Assembly: GCA_016176465.1 (NCBI GenBank)
Contig: JACOXD010000009.1
Span: 1 to 48,530 of the forward strand
DNA length: 48,530 nt
Reading direction: 5' to 3'
From: Candidatus Daviesbacteria bacterium
GTDB taxonomy: Bacteria > Patescibacteriota > Microgenomatia > Daviesbacterales > UBA10151
Shown: piece by piece, positions 8,983-17,842 of the stretch
How positions within the stretch are numbered: position 1 is the first letter of the stretch
How the letters are laid out: the number at the start of each line of letters is the position of its first letter
Program-made: the position numbers and the translations under genes
The notes under the pieces: model-generated
Told to the model about the DNA's origin: nothing
Database searches by the model: none
The model's input: only the letters and a program-made list of their open reading frames with translations

Positions 8983-9016
8983 GACCTTCGTCCTAGCAAA
9001 GGATGGAGGTTTTTTT
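8983..9016 (+). terminator. Intrinsic terminator of the T-box attenuator
   Basis: gaccttcgtcct / aggatggaggtt stem followed by a T run. Confidence 0.85.
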
Positions 9017-10786
9017 GTGATGAAATACTCGAAACTTTTTCCTAAAACAATAAAGCAAACACCTCAAGATGCAAAGCTAATATCTCATAAGCTACTTTAC
9101 AGAGCAGGCTTTATACGAGAAAGTACTGCGGGTAGGTATTATTTTTTACCCCTTGGAATGAAGGTTCATCAAAAAATCCAAAAAATAGTTAAAGAGGAAA
9201 TGGATAAAGCAGGGGCTCAAGAGATGGTTTCTCCAGTACTTCATCCTAAAGCCTTATGGGAAGAAACCAATAGAACAACCTCAGTGGGGTTTGAATTAAT
9301 GTCTATTAAAGATAGATCTGATATGGAATTTGTACTGGGGGGAACTGCAGAGGAGATGTTTGTAGATTTAGTGAGAAAATTCCAATTAAGTTATAAAGAT
9401 TTACCCTTAAATTTATACCAATTCTCAATGAAGTTTAGGGATGAGATGAGAGCAAGGGGAGGCTTACTACGGGTAAGGGAGTTTGTAATGAAAGATGCAT
9501 ATTCTTTTGACATTAATGAGGAAGAATTTTTAAAAGAATATGAAAATATGAAGCAAACTTATACAAAAATCTTTAAAAGAATGGGTTTGGAAACGATTAT
9601 AGTTGAATCAGATAATGGCTATATTGGCGGAGATTATTGTCATGAGTTTGTGGTGGAATCAGAAATAGGAGAATCTAAATTTTTATTAAATTCAGATGGA
9701 ACTTACGCTGCGCATGAAGATGTAGCTAAATTTATTCCTGATCGCAAAAATTTGGATGAAGGGGAAAAACCCTTGGAAGAAGTTAAAGCTGTCAGGGGGA
9801 CAACTATGGAGGATGGGGTTAAGCTACATGGATTACCTTTGTGGCAGCAAATTAAAGATGTTTTATTTGTAGACGAAAAGGGGAGGTTTATTCTAGCTTT
9901 GATCAGAGGAGATTTTGATGTCAATGAAATTAAATTACTACATATAATAAAAGGGTATCACTTGCGCCATGCAACAGATAAAGAAATAAGGGAAAAAATT
10001 CACTCTGAGCCTGGGTTTATTTCCCCTGTTGGGATTAAGAAAATAATAGATAAAGATGTAAAGCTCCTGGTGGTAGCAGATGAATCACTCAGAACAGTTA
10101 AAAATGCTTATGGTGGAGCTAATAAGAAAAATAAAGACTTACTTAATATGAATATAGATAGGGATTTTACGGTAGATTACGAAGGAGATATTGCTTTAGC
10201 TAAAGAAGAATATCTGTCTCCTGATGGGAGTGGAAAATTAACTACCAAAAAAGGAATTGAAGTGGGGAATATTTTTCAACTTGGGTTTACCTATACTTCT
10301 AAACTAAAAGGAGCAGAGTTTGTAGATAAAGATGGTAAAAAGAAGCCTTATTATATGGGTTGTTATGGAATTGGGATAGGAAGAAGCTTAGCTTCTATTG
10401 TGGAAGTGTATAATGATGAAAAAGGAATAATTTGGCCAGATGTGGTCGCTCCATATCAAGTTCACTTGCTAGGATTAGACTTAGAGGAGGAAAGCGTCAA
10501 AGGTGAAGCGGAAAGGGTATATGAACTGCTTAAGGCAGAGGGAGTAGAGGTATTATTTGATGATAGGGAGGATTTAAGAGCAGGAGAAAAGTTTGCAGAC
10601 GCAGATTTAATAGGTATACCATATCGTGTGGTGATCTCAAAAAAAACCCATTCGGCAGGTTCGGCAAGCCCTTCGGCCACGAGTTCAGGGCAGGCACGAG
10701 GCAAGCTAGAAGTTAAAAGAAGAGATCAAAAGCAAACAGAGTTTTTAAGTTTTGAGGAACTATTAAAAAGGTTAAAGGCAAGCTAA
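9017..10786 (+). CDS. proS: Proline--tRNA ligase (bacterial type with insertion/editing domain); start probably ATG 9020
   Basis: FRDEMRARGGLLRVREF, GIEVGNIFQLG, MGCYGIG, DADLIGIP. Confidence 0.97.
   Translation: MMKYSKLFPKTIKQTPQDAKLISHKLLYRAGFIRESTAGRYYFLPLGMKVHQKIQKIVKEEMDKAGAQEMVSPVLHPKALWEETNRTTSVGFELMSIKDRSDMEFVLGGTAEEMFVDLVRKFQLSYKDLPLNLYQFSMKFRDEMRARGGLLRVREFVMKDAYSFDINEEEFLKEYENMKQTYTKIFKRMGLETIIVESDNGYIGGDYCHEFVVESEIGESKFLLNSDGTYAAHEDVAKFIPDRKNLDEGEKPLEEVKAVRGTTMEDGVKLHGLPLWQQIKDVLFVDEKGRFILALIRGDFDVNEIKLLHIIKGYHLRHATDKEIREKIHSEPGFISPVGIKKIIDKDVKLLVVADESLRTVKNAYGGANKKNKDLLNMNIDRDFTVDYEGDIALAKEEYLSPDGSGKLTTKKGIEVGNIFQLGFTYTSKLKGAEFVDKDGKKKPYYMGCYGIGIGRSLASIVEVYNDEKGIIWPDVVAPYQVHLLGLDLEEESVKGEAERVYELLKAEGVEVLFDDREDLRAGEKFADADLIGIPYRVVISKKTHSAGSASPSATSSGQARGKLEVKRRDQKQTEFLSFEELLKRLKAS
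10647..10700 (+). repeat. Nested family B palindromes in frame in the proS anticodon-binding domain
   Basis: GC-rich ttcggcaggttcggcaagc (18/19 with tig 11644-11662) plus gccct..agggc; encodes HSAGSASPSATSSGQARG. Confidence 0.8.
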
Positions 10787-10829
10787 GCTATTTACATGTA
10801 ATAACTTACTTGTTATACTATGAGTCTTT

Positions 10830-11135
10830 ATGATTGTTGAAGGAAGACCAGCGGTTATTGAAGCACTTGAGAAGGTTTTATTTGAACTTAATGATGATCC
10901 AATAGAGGTGGCAGTAATTAGAGTTCAACCCATAATAATGGCTAACTTTCCTCTAAAGACAGGTGAACAAGATTTAGTAGATGAAATATTATGGGAAGCA
11001 ATTCAGGTTTCCTCACATAGGCTGCCTGTTCCTCAAGCAGTTCTTAAATGGGCAGAAGAAGGCAGTGATGCGGCCATAAGAGCAAGACAGATTCACCTAA
11101 AGAATAGATTAGTTTTAGAGGAATTAATGAGATAA
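10830..11135 (+). CDS. Hypothetical protein
   Basis: 101-aa ORF preceded by TGtTATACT. Confidence 0.6.
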   Translation: MIVEGRPAVIEALEKVLFELNDDPIEVAVIRVQPIIMANFPLKTGEQDLVDEILWEAIQVSSHRLPVPQAVLKWAEEGSDAAIRARQIHLKNRLVLEELMR

Positions 11136-11179
11136 TAAGATTGAATTAATATCTTTTTTCTGTTAAATTTGGAGTTTAT

Positions 11180-12304
11180 ATGGTGACAAAAAATATAGTT
11201 AAACTTCCTAAAGCAATGGTTGAGGTACAAATATCGCTGCCTTGGCCTGATATGGAGTCACGCTGGAATGAGGTTTTAAATAAATTAGCTTCAGATGTTG
11301 AGATCCCAGGTTTTAGAAAAGGCCAAGCACCCATGGATATGATTGAGCCCAAAATTGCCCAACAAGCGCAACAAGAGCTCCTACGGGTTTCTATGCCCCA
11401 AGCTTTAATTGAAGCTTTGCAGGGAACCAATATTGTTCCAATAGATTACCCAAGATATGAAGTCCAATCCTTTCAAAAAGGAGTTGGTGTAACTTTTAAA
11501 GCTTTGGTTACAGAACGTCCTCAAGTTAAAGTAGGTAGCTATAAAACTATTAAAGTTACCAGGCCTCCTCTAAAACAAATTACTGATAGCGATATTGATA
11601 AGGTTGTTGAGGATTTATATAGAAGATGGAAGGTGAGGAATCCTTCGACAGGTTCGGCAAGCTCACTGCAAGCAGGCTCAGGACCAGTAGGCCCTCAAGC
11701 TCAAGCATCTACCCAAAGTAGTGGAGCCAGTGGAAGTTTACAATTTGGCAAAACCGATACTCCCCCAACCACTACCTCTAATGTTCCTGATGATATTTTT
11801 GCCAAAGGAGTGGGTGCTACAGATTTAGCTGATCTTAAGAAAAAAATTAGAGGAGATTTAGAAGCTGAGGCTAAATATAATAATGAGTTAGATTATGAGG
11901 AAGCTATATTGCAATCTGTTGAGAAAATGACTGAGGTGGATATTCCGGATATTTTAATTGAGGATGAGTTAAATAGGATGTTGGTTTCACTGCAGCGAAA
12001 TGTAACAGATAGAGGGATGTTGCTTGATGAATATTTAAGAGCTCAAAATAAAACTGTAGATCAGTTAAAAAATGAATGGAGAAGGCAAGCAGAACAAAAT
12101 GTTAGGATGGAACTAGGACTCGCGCAAATAGCCTCAAGTGAAAATGTTGTTATTTCCGATGAAGAACTGCAGGCAGAAATAGATAAGATTCAAGATAAAA
12201 GAATTAAAGCTCAATTTGAAGCCCAAGAACCAAGGTTGCATTTACGCCACGCGCTGCGCCAAACCAAAACTCTCAATATTCTTAAAAACTTAGTTGGCTC
12301 CTAA
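11180..12304 (+). CDS. tig: Trigger factor, apparently lacking the FKBP PPIase domain
   Basis: IPGFRKGQAP ribosome-binding motif; SurA-like C-domain; Ser/Gly/Thr linker in the middle. Confidence 0.9.
   Translation: MVTKNIVKLPKAMVEVQISLPWPDMESRWNEVLNKLASDVEIPGFRKGQAPMDMIEPKIAQQAQQELLRVSMPQALIEALQGTNIVPIDYPRYEVQSFQKGVGVTFKALVTERPQVKVGSYKTIKVTRPPLKQITDSDIDKVVEDLYRRWKVRNPSTGSASSLQAGSGPVGPQAQASTQSSGASGSLQFGKTDTPPTTTSNVPDDIFAKGVGATDLADLKKKIRGDLEAEAKYNNELDYEEAILQSVEKMTEVDIPDILIEDELNRMLVSLQRNVTDRGMLLDEYLRAQNKTVDQLKNEWRRQAEQNVRMELGLAQIASSENVVISDEELQAEIDKIQDKRIKAQFEAQEPRLHLRHALRQTKTLNILKNLVGS
11641..11683 (+). repeat. Nested family B palindrome in frame in tig
   Basis: tccttcgacag[gttcggcaagctcactgcaagcag]gctcagga; encodes PSTGSASSLQAGSG. 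Confidence 0.8.
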
Positions 12305-12340
12305 AACCTTTTGTAGTACAATAGTTTCTAATTATTTTGA

Positions 12341-12397
12341 AAAGGAGGTGCAAGCATTACTTTCTTTCTCTATTTAGAATAGACAAAGATTGTAATG
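12341..12397 (+). promoter_or_regulatory. rpsU leader: strong SD followed by a 43-nt hairpin
   Basis: AAAGGAGGTG at 12341-12350; stems cattac/gtaatg, tcttt/aaaga, tctatt/aataga. Confidence 0.6.
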
Positions 12398-12613
12398 ATC
12401 AAAAAATATATGTCAATTATCATTAAAGCTGGGCCAAATGATACATCTGATTCAGTAATTAGAAAATTCCAAAAAAGGGTTGCTTTGGAAGGAGTCATTC
12501 AAGAGTATCGTGAGATGGAGTTCCATAAAAAGAATTCGCTAAAGCGACAAGAACGTTTAGCAGAAAAAAGACGCAAAATTATGCGAGCCAAGCGCTACTT
12601 AGATGCAAAATAA
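12395..12613 (+). CDS. rpsU: 30S ribosomal protein bS21; start probably 12410
   Basis: DSVIRKFQKRV, EYREMEFHKK; followed by a YqeY-family gene. Confidence 0.85.
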   Translation: MIKKYMSIIIKAGPNDTSDSVIRKFQKRVALEGVIQEYREMEFHKKNSLKRQERLAEKRRKIMRAKRYLDAK

Positions 12614-13043
12614 AATCCAAGAAGATCTAAAACAAGCTCAACTAGATAGAAACGAACTTAAGGTTTCTACCTTAAGACTTTTATTATCTGAGGTTAATAA
12701 TGCTAAAATCCAAAAAGGTCAAGAGTTATCTGATGAGGAAATTACAGGAGTTATCCAGAAAGAGATTAAAAAAAGAAAAGAATCTATTGAAAGTTTTAGA
12801 AAAGGAGCAAGGGAAGATTTAGCTTTAAAAGAAGAAGCAGAGGCAAAAGTCTTGGAAAGCTACCTGCCAACTCAATTATCAGATGAGGAGTTGACTAAAA
12901 TAATAGATTTAGCTATAAATGAAGTAGGCGCAAATTCTATAGCAGATATGGGTAAAGTAATAGGCAAGGTCATGAGTCAAGTTTCAGGTAAGGCAGATGG
13001 TGGAAGAGTAAGTAATTTAGTAAAACAGAAGTTGTCATCCTGA
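12603..13043 (+). CDS. GatB/YqeY domain protein
   Basis: KEIKKRKESIESF, YLPTQLS, DMGKVIG, GKADG. Confidence 0.92.
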   Translation: MQNKIQEDLKQAQLDRNELKVSTLRLLLSEVNNAKIQKGQELSDEEITGVIQKEIKKRKESIESFRKGAREDLALKEEAEAKVLESYLPTQLSDEELTKIIDLAINEVGANSIADMGKVIGKVMSQVSGKADGGRVSNLVKQKLSS

Positions 13044-13110
13044 ACGCAAGTGAAGGATCTCAAGATCTAGATTCTTCCTCCCCTTTGGGGGCCCGGTTTC
13101 AGAATGACAA
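13032..13110. repeat. Family A palindromic element that supplies the yqeY stop codon
   Basis: ttgtcatcctgaa...ttcagaatgacaa; near-identical to the cysS copy at 25627. Confidence 0.9.
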
Positions 13111-13124
13111 TAATATTTATAAAA

Positions 13125-13541
13125 ATGATTAATATTATTGTAAATTGCGATCCAAGATACCCGGTCAATAAATTAGCTATTCAAGCAACTGTTGTTGAGA
13201 TTTTAAACCAGCAGAGAATCTCTGGTAATGTAGAGATTGGGATAAATATTGTGGGTGATCGCAAGATGCATGAGTTTAACAAAAAATATCGTGGCATTGA
13301 TGCAACCACCAATATTTTATCTTTTGCGCTGGAAGATCCAGCCTCCAGCAACCAGCTACAACATATACCCAGGATAGGTTTTGTTAAAGCTCCTGATAAA
13401 GTTTTAAGATTAGGAGATATTTTAATTTCTTACCCTCAAGTTATTAAGGATGCTTCTCAATCAGGTTCTTCAGTAGAGGAGGAAGTTAGATTTTTAGTTG
13501 AGCATGGGATGAAGCATCTTCTAGGAGTGCACCACGATTAA
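13125..13541 (+). CDS. ybeY: rRNA maturation RNase YbeY
   Basis: NKKYRGID.TTNILSF, LGDI, HGMKHLLGVHH; the 13104 ATG lies inside the repeat. Confidence 0.92.
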   Translation: MINIIVNCDPRYPVNKLAIQATVVEILNQQRISGNVEIGINIVGDRKMHEFNKKYRGIDATTNILSFALEDPASSNQLQHIPRIGFVKAPDKVLRLGDILISYPQVIKDASQSGSSVEEEVRFLVEHGMKHLLGVHHD

Positions 13542-13542
13542 G

Positions 13543-14088
13543 TTATTCTTCCAAAAGTTGCTTAACTTTTTGCCTATTGGCTCTATCTTGCTGCAAACGT
13601 GAAATAGCATTGGGAATAACTACTTCTTCAACGCCCCTTTTTAAAAATCTTAACAGGTCACTAATTTCATCTGGTTGGCTTAGTTCTTCTATTGCTTGTG
13701 ATGTAGTAGGTACAACTTCAATGGTTAAATGGACGCCTTGGGCATTCGCATCGATTAATGCAAAGGGTGGATGTAAGAGAAGCATACGTTCTCTCCTAAT
13801 TTCTTTAAACCACTCTGGTGCCCCATCAGAATCTAACATCGCTTGAACATAAAGCGTAGAAATTCCAGGTAAGTTATATAATTTCTCATAAAAGTCTTGC
13901 TCTAAAGGAGGGTTCCTTTGACCACTTTCTAAACGAGCAATTGTAGACTCAGTCATACCAAGTGTAGCAGCTACTTTTCTTTGACTTAAGCCTGCTACTT
14001 CGCGATAAAATCTAAGCATTCCACCAAATGCTTTTGCTCCGGGTGATACAAATTCATATTCTTGAGAAGGTTCTTTTCTTGGTCTCAT
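13543..14088 (-). CDS. XRE-family HTH transcriptional regulator
   Basis: LRFYREVAGLSQRKVAATLGMTESTIARLESGQRNP; TGcTATAAT 7 nt before ATG 14088. Confidence 0.8.
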   Translation of the reverse strand: MRPRKEPSQEYEFVSPGAKAFGGMLRFYREVAGLSQRKVAATLGMTESTIARLESGQRNPPLEQDFYEKLYNLPGISTLYVQAMLDSDGAPEWFKEIRRERMLLLHPPFALIDANAQGVHLTIEVVPTTSQAIEELSQPDEISDLLRFLKRGVEEVVIPNAISRLQQDRANRQKVKQLLEE

Positions 14089-14148
14089 GCTCTGAATTAT
14101 AGCAGGAGGATTTCCCATAGTAAACTATGATATTTCAATCTATCCTTC

Positions 14149-14348
14149 CAATCCCGGATTGTCAAGGTAATTCCAAACCGGGATTGTAGGTTCAGTCGTA
14201 TCTTGCATATTTTGATATCCCGATGTGTCATCTCACTTCCAACTCCGAGTTGTCAAGCTAAAGCAACAAGGTGACGATCCTATTACACCTTCCAGGTGAA
14301 ACAAGCTCGCGACCTGTTTAGCTGTCTAGCTAACCCACACCGGGTGTG
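14149..14348. repeat. Cluster of 13-bp palindromes, family D (CAnnn-NNN-nnnTG)
   Basis: caatcccggattg 14149, caaaccgggattg 14174, caactccgagttg 14240, caccttccaggtg 14286, cacaccgggtgtg 14336. Confidence 0.8.
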
Positions 14349-14456
14349 TGGTGCCACCGCATAACCACTATCTCTGCGATCATAATTCCTACATAATATA
14401 AGTTGGCATCTTCCCTAACTTTCATAATTTTGTTAATCTAAATTTACATCTTTGTT

Positions 14457-16124
14457 ATGGTTTTTTATAGAAAATACCGCCCTCAATCACTTAATGAACT
14501 AATTGGCCAAGAGCAGGTCAAGCTAACCCTCCAAAAAGCCTTTGATTCTCAAAAACTCTCTCATGCTTATTTATTTACTGGTCCTAAAGGAACTGGTAAA
14601 ACTTCTACAGCCAGGATTCTAGCTAAAATGGTTAATTGTGAGGGAGAAAAAATTGTTCCCTGTAATAAATGCTCCAGCTGTATTTCCATAACAGATGGAT
14701 CCAATTTGGACGTAATAGAAATTGATGCGGCTTCAAATAGAGGAATAGATGATATTAGGGACCTAAGAGAAAAAATTAAGCTTGCTCCAAGCTCTGCTAA
14801 TAAAAAAGTTTACATTATAGATGAAGTTCATATGTTATCTCCCGAAGCTTTTAATGCCCTACTTAAGACTTTAGAGGAACCCCCTTCCCATGTATTATTT
14901 ATATTAGCAACTACTGAATTGCATAAAATTCCTCCAACTATTTTATCCCGAGCACAAAAAATAGACTTTAAACAAGCAAGTACTCCAGAGCTTGTTGAAG
15001 CGTTAAAAAAAGTAGCAAATGGAGAAAAACTAAAGATAGAAGATAAAGCTTTGGAGCTTTTAGCTAAAAAAAGCGATGGATCTTTTAGGGATGGATTAAA
15101 ACTGCTAGATCAGCTTGCTTCAGGAGGCACTGATATTACCTCACTACAAGTTGAGGAAACTCTAAAAAGTTCTAATTTTGAAAGTATGGTGGAGCTTTTA
15201 TATGCAATTTCAAACAAGAGAAGCTCCAATGCTTTAAATATATGTTTGGAACAAATTGAGAAAGGAATAAATATTAGAGAATATACACTTGGAATTTTAG
15301 ATTTAATCCATGCCTTATTACTTATTAAAAATGACCTTAAAAATAAAGTATTAGAAGAATTTGGCTCTGAAAAGTTGGAAAAAATTAGTAAACTATCTGA
15401 TGGGTTTGAGATAAGGGATTTAATTAAATTGGCTGATAATTTTCAAAAAAGCTTAGAAAAAATGAAAGCTGTCAGTATCACTTCACTGCCTTTAGAAATT
15501 GCGGTGATTGAGAGCTCTCAAGCAGAAGTAGTAACTCCTGTCACAGTGAACACAGCCCCTCATGTCATTCTGAGCGAAAGCGAAGAATCTAGATTAGATC
15601 CTTCTGGTCCGGTGGACACTCAGGATGACAAAAGAAAGTCCTCCTACGTCAAGGTCATCGACTCTGAGGCCGAGCCTCAGGTCTTCGATTCCGAGGTCTC
15701 TCAGACTCGAGGAGCTCACACCCGAAGGGATTACAAACAAAAACCTTCCATATCCGCTATGAAAGCCTCTTCGGGAGATTTGGCAACTTTATATGATAAG
15801 TGGAATTATATTTTGGAAACAGTTAAACCTTATAATTATTCTTTGGAGGCAATGTTAAGGTTGGTAAAAATTTTAGAATGTAATCAAGAAGAGGTCATAT
15901 TTGAGGTTCCTTATTCTTTTCACCAAAGGATATTAGAAGCACCAAAAAGTAGAACTTTACTTGAATCTGTTCTAACAGAGGTTTTGGGAAGATCTATGAA
16001 GGTATCAACTGTTTTAGGTAAACGCGAAGTTCAAACTGAGGATATTGCCAACATTGAAGTCGCAGCTGATGATGAAATAATTAAAATTGCTGCAGAAATT
16101 TTTAACTCAGAATCGGTTAATTAA
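14457..16124 (+). CDS. dnaX: DNA polymerase III subunit gamma/tau
   Basis: YRKYRP, GPKGTGKT, EIDAASNRG, IIDEVHML, LLKTLEEPP. Confidence 0.97.
   Translation: MVFYRKYRPQSLNELIGQEQVKLTLQKAFDSQKLSHAYLFTGPKGTGKTSTARILAKMVNCEGEKIVPCNKCSSCISITDGSNLDVIEIDAASNRGIDDIRDLREKIKLAPSSANKKVYIIDEVHMLSPEAFNALLKTLEEPPSHVLFILATTELHKIPPTILSRAQKIDFKQASTPELVEALKKVANGEKLKIEDKALELLAKKSDGSFRDGLKLLDQLASGGTDITSLQVEETLKSSNFESMVELLYAISNKRSSNALNICLEQIEKGINIREYTLGILDLIHALLLIKNDLKNKVLEEFGSEKLEKISKLSDGFEIRDLIKLADNFQKSLEKMKAVSITSLPLEIAVIESSQAEVVTPVTVNTAPHVILSESEESRLDPSGPVDTQDDKRKSSYVKVIDSEAEPQVFDSEVSQTRGAHTRRDYKQKPSISAMKASSGDLATLYDKWNYILETVKPYNYSLEAMLRLVKILECNQEEVIFEVPYSFHQRILEAPKSRTLLESVLTEVLGRSMKVSTVLGKREVQTEDIANIEVAADDEIIKIAAEIFNSESVN
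15563..15630. repeat. Family A element in frame in the dnaX linker
   Basis: tgtcattctgag...ctcaggatgaca; encodes VILSESEESRLDPSGPVDTQDD. Confidence 0.9.
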
Positions 16125-16179
16125 CTTTAAAATCCTCCTTGACACAAATTAATCCTTTTAGTTAAAGTGATCTCTGTTT

Positions 16180-17499
16180 ATGGCAGACTTAAAGAAAGTA
16201 GACCCTCAAGTTTTTGAATTAATCAAAGAAGAGGAAAAAAGACAAAGAGAAGTTTTAGAGATGATAGCATCTGAAAACTATGCTTCAAAAGCAGTAATGG
16301 AGGCATTAGGTTCTGTTTTTACCAATAAATACTCAGAAGGCTTCCCTAAAAAAAGATACTACCAAGGCAACGCTGTTGCAGATAAAATAGAAATTTTAGC
16401 TACTGAGAGAGCCCAAAAATTATTTGGGGTTCCATACGTTAATGTTCAACCTCTATCAGGTTCTCCTGCTAACTCAATAGTTTATCTTAGTTTGCTGGAA
16501 TATAAAGATAAATTAATGGGACTATCCAGAGATTTTGGAGGACACATTACTCATGGAGGCCCACTTTCTTTATCAGCTAGATTTTTTACCCCTATCCATT
16601 ATGAATTAGGTAAAGATAATATGTTAGATTTTGAGGCAATTGAAAAATTAGCTATAAAAGAAAAGCCAAAATTAATTATTTGTGGATTTACAGCTTATCC
16701 AAGGATTATAGATTTTAAAAAATTTGCAAGCATAGCTGATAAAGTTGGGGCTTATTTAATGGCTGATATTGCCCATATTGCAGGGTTAATTGTAGCAGGG
16801 GTACATCCATCACCCATTCTTTATGCCCATATTATTACCACTACCACCCATAAAACTTTAAGAGGACCAAGGGGGGCAATGATTATGGTAACTAAAAAAG
16901 GTCTTAAAAAAGATCCTGATTTACCTAAAAAAATAGAAACAGCAGTAATCCCGGGAATGCAAGGAGGCCCTCATGATAACCAAACAGCAGCAATTGCAGT
17001 TGCATTAAAAGAAGCTGCAACCCCTGCGTTTAAAAAATACTCAGCCCAAATTGTTAAAAATGCTAAAAAATTAGCTAGTGAGTTAATAAAATTTAAGTTT
17101 AATTTAGTCTCAGGTGGGACAGACAATCATTTAATATTAATAGATTTAAGAAATAAAAAAGCTAATGGGGCAGCAGCAGCGCTAGCGCTAGAGCTAGCAG
17201 GAATTGTTTTAAATAAAAATGGTGTGCCATTTGACAGCTTACCTCCTTATTGGACATCAGGTATAAGGCTTGGAACTCCTGCAATAACTACTAGAGGAAT
17301 GAAGGAAAAAGAAATGGTAAAAATTGCTAAATGGATTAATGAGGCGGTTGATGAGGTATCAGGTGAAGAGATGCCTGAAGATAAAGAGTCAAGATCTGCT
17401 TATTGGAAAGAGTTTAGAAATAAAATAAAAAGTAATAAAAAATTAGCCAGTATAGCTAAAGAAGTAAAAGCGTTATGCGCTAAATTTCCTGTACCTTAA
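16180..17499 (+). CDS. glyA: Serine hydroxymethyltransferase
   Basis: IASENY, NKYSEG, TTTTHKTLRGPRG, GIRLGTPA. Confidence 0.98.
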   Translation: MADLKKVDPQVFELIKEEEKRQREVLEMIASENYASKAVMEALGSVFTNKYSEGFPKKRYYQGNAVADKIEILATERAQKLFGVPYVNVQPLSGSPANSIVYLSLLEYKDKLMGLSRDFGGHITHGGPLSLSARFFTPIHYELGKDNMLDFEAIEKLAIKEKPKLIICGFTAYPRIIDFKKFASIADKVGAYLMADIAHIAGLIVAGVHPSPILYAHIITTTTHKTLRGPRGAMIMVTKKGLKKDPDLPKKIETAVIPGMQGGPHDNQTAAIAVALKEAATPAFKKYSAQIVKNAKKLASELIKFKFNLVSGGTDNHLILIDLRNKKANGAAAALALELAGIVLNKNGVPFDSLPPYWTSGIRLGTPAITTRGMKEKEMVKIAKWINEAVDEVSGEEMPEDKESRSAYWKEFRNKIKSNKKLASIAKEVKALCAKFPVP

Positions 17500-17768
17500 A
17501 GTTTTGGAGGATTTGGGGCCGGCAAGACTACATCTACTGTTGAGCCTTCAGGTCTATGATTAACAATAATAGCTGTGGCTGGGATACCTCTTCTTGAAAG
17601 TTCTTGAAGAATAGCTGCATTTCTATCTGCTCTATTAAGAGAATCTTGGGCGTCTCCTTCAGATCTTGCCCCATGAACAATTCCCGTAACTGCATCCCTT
17701 GGTAAGGATTCATCGGATCGAGCTATGTGAACTATTGGTCCAGCGCGCTCTGCTTCTATTCTTTCCAT
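17496..17768 (-). CDS. Hypothetical protein
   Basis: ORF fills the glyA-folD gap; TGtTATACT precedes ATG 17768. Confidence 0.5.
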   Translation of the reverse strand: MERIEAERAGPIVHIARSDESLPRDAVTGIVHGARSEGDAQDSLNRADRNAAILQELSRRGIPATAIIVNHRPEGSTVDVVLPAPNPPKL

Positions 17769-17842
17769 AGATTCGAAGAAGTATAACATCTAAATATACT
17801 ATGTCAAATCGATTTAGTTTAGTTGTATTATAAAAACTAGTT

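Larger units (their letters stand above)
8830..9016 (+). promoter_or_regulatory. T-box riboswitch (Pro) upstream of proS
   Basis: T-box AGGTGGTACCACG at 8964-8976; candidate CCT specifier at 8904-8906 after AGTA/GAA; CCGTT box; terminator follows. Confidence 0.85.

Noticed and set aside
13104-13124. N-terminal extension of YbeY (and likewise RarA 26824-26838)
   Set aside because: The upstream ATGs come from the AGAATG(A) end of family A repeats; downstream ATGs match the expected protein starts better.
14149-14348. Degenerate CRISPR array
   Set aside because: Units are only 13 bp, differ in sequence and are irregularly spaced.
13543-14456. Prophage immunity region
   Set aside because: There is an XRE gene, but no cro, integrase or structural genes, and the flanks are housekeeping genes.
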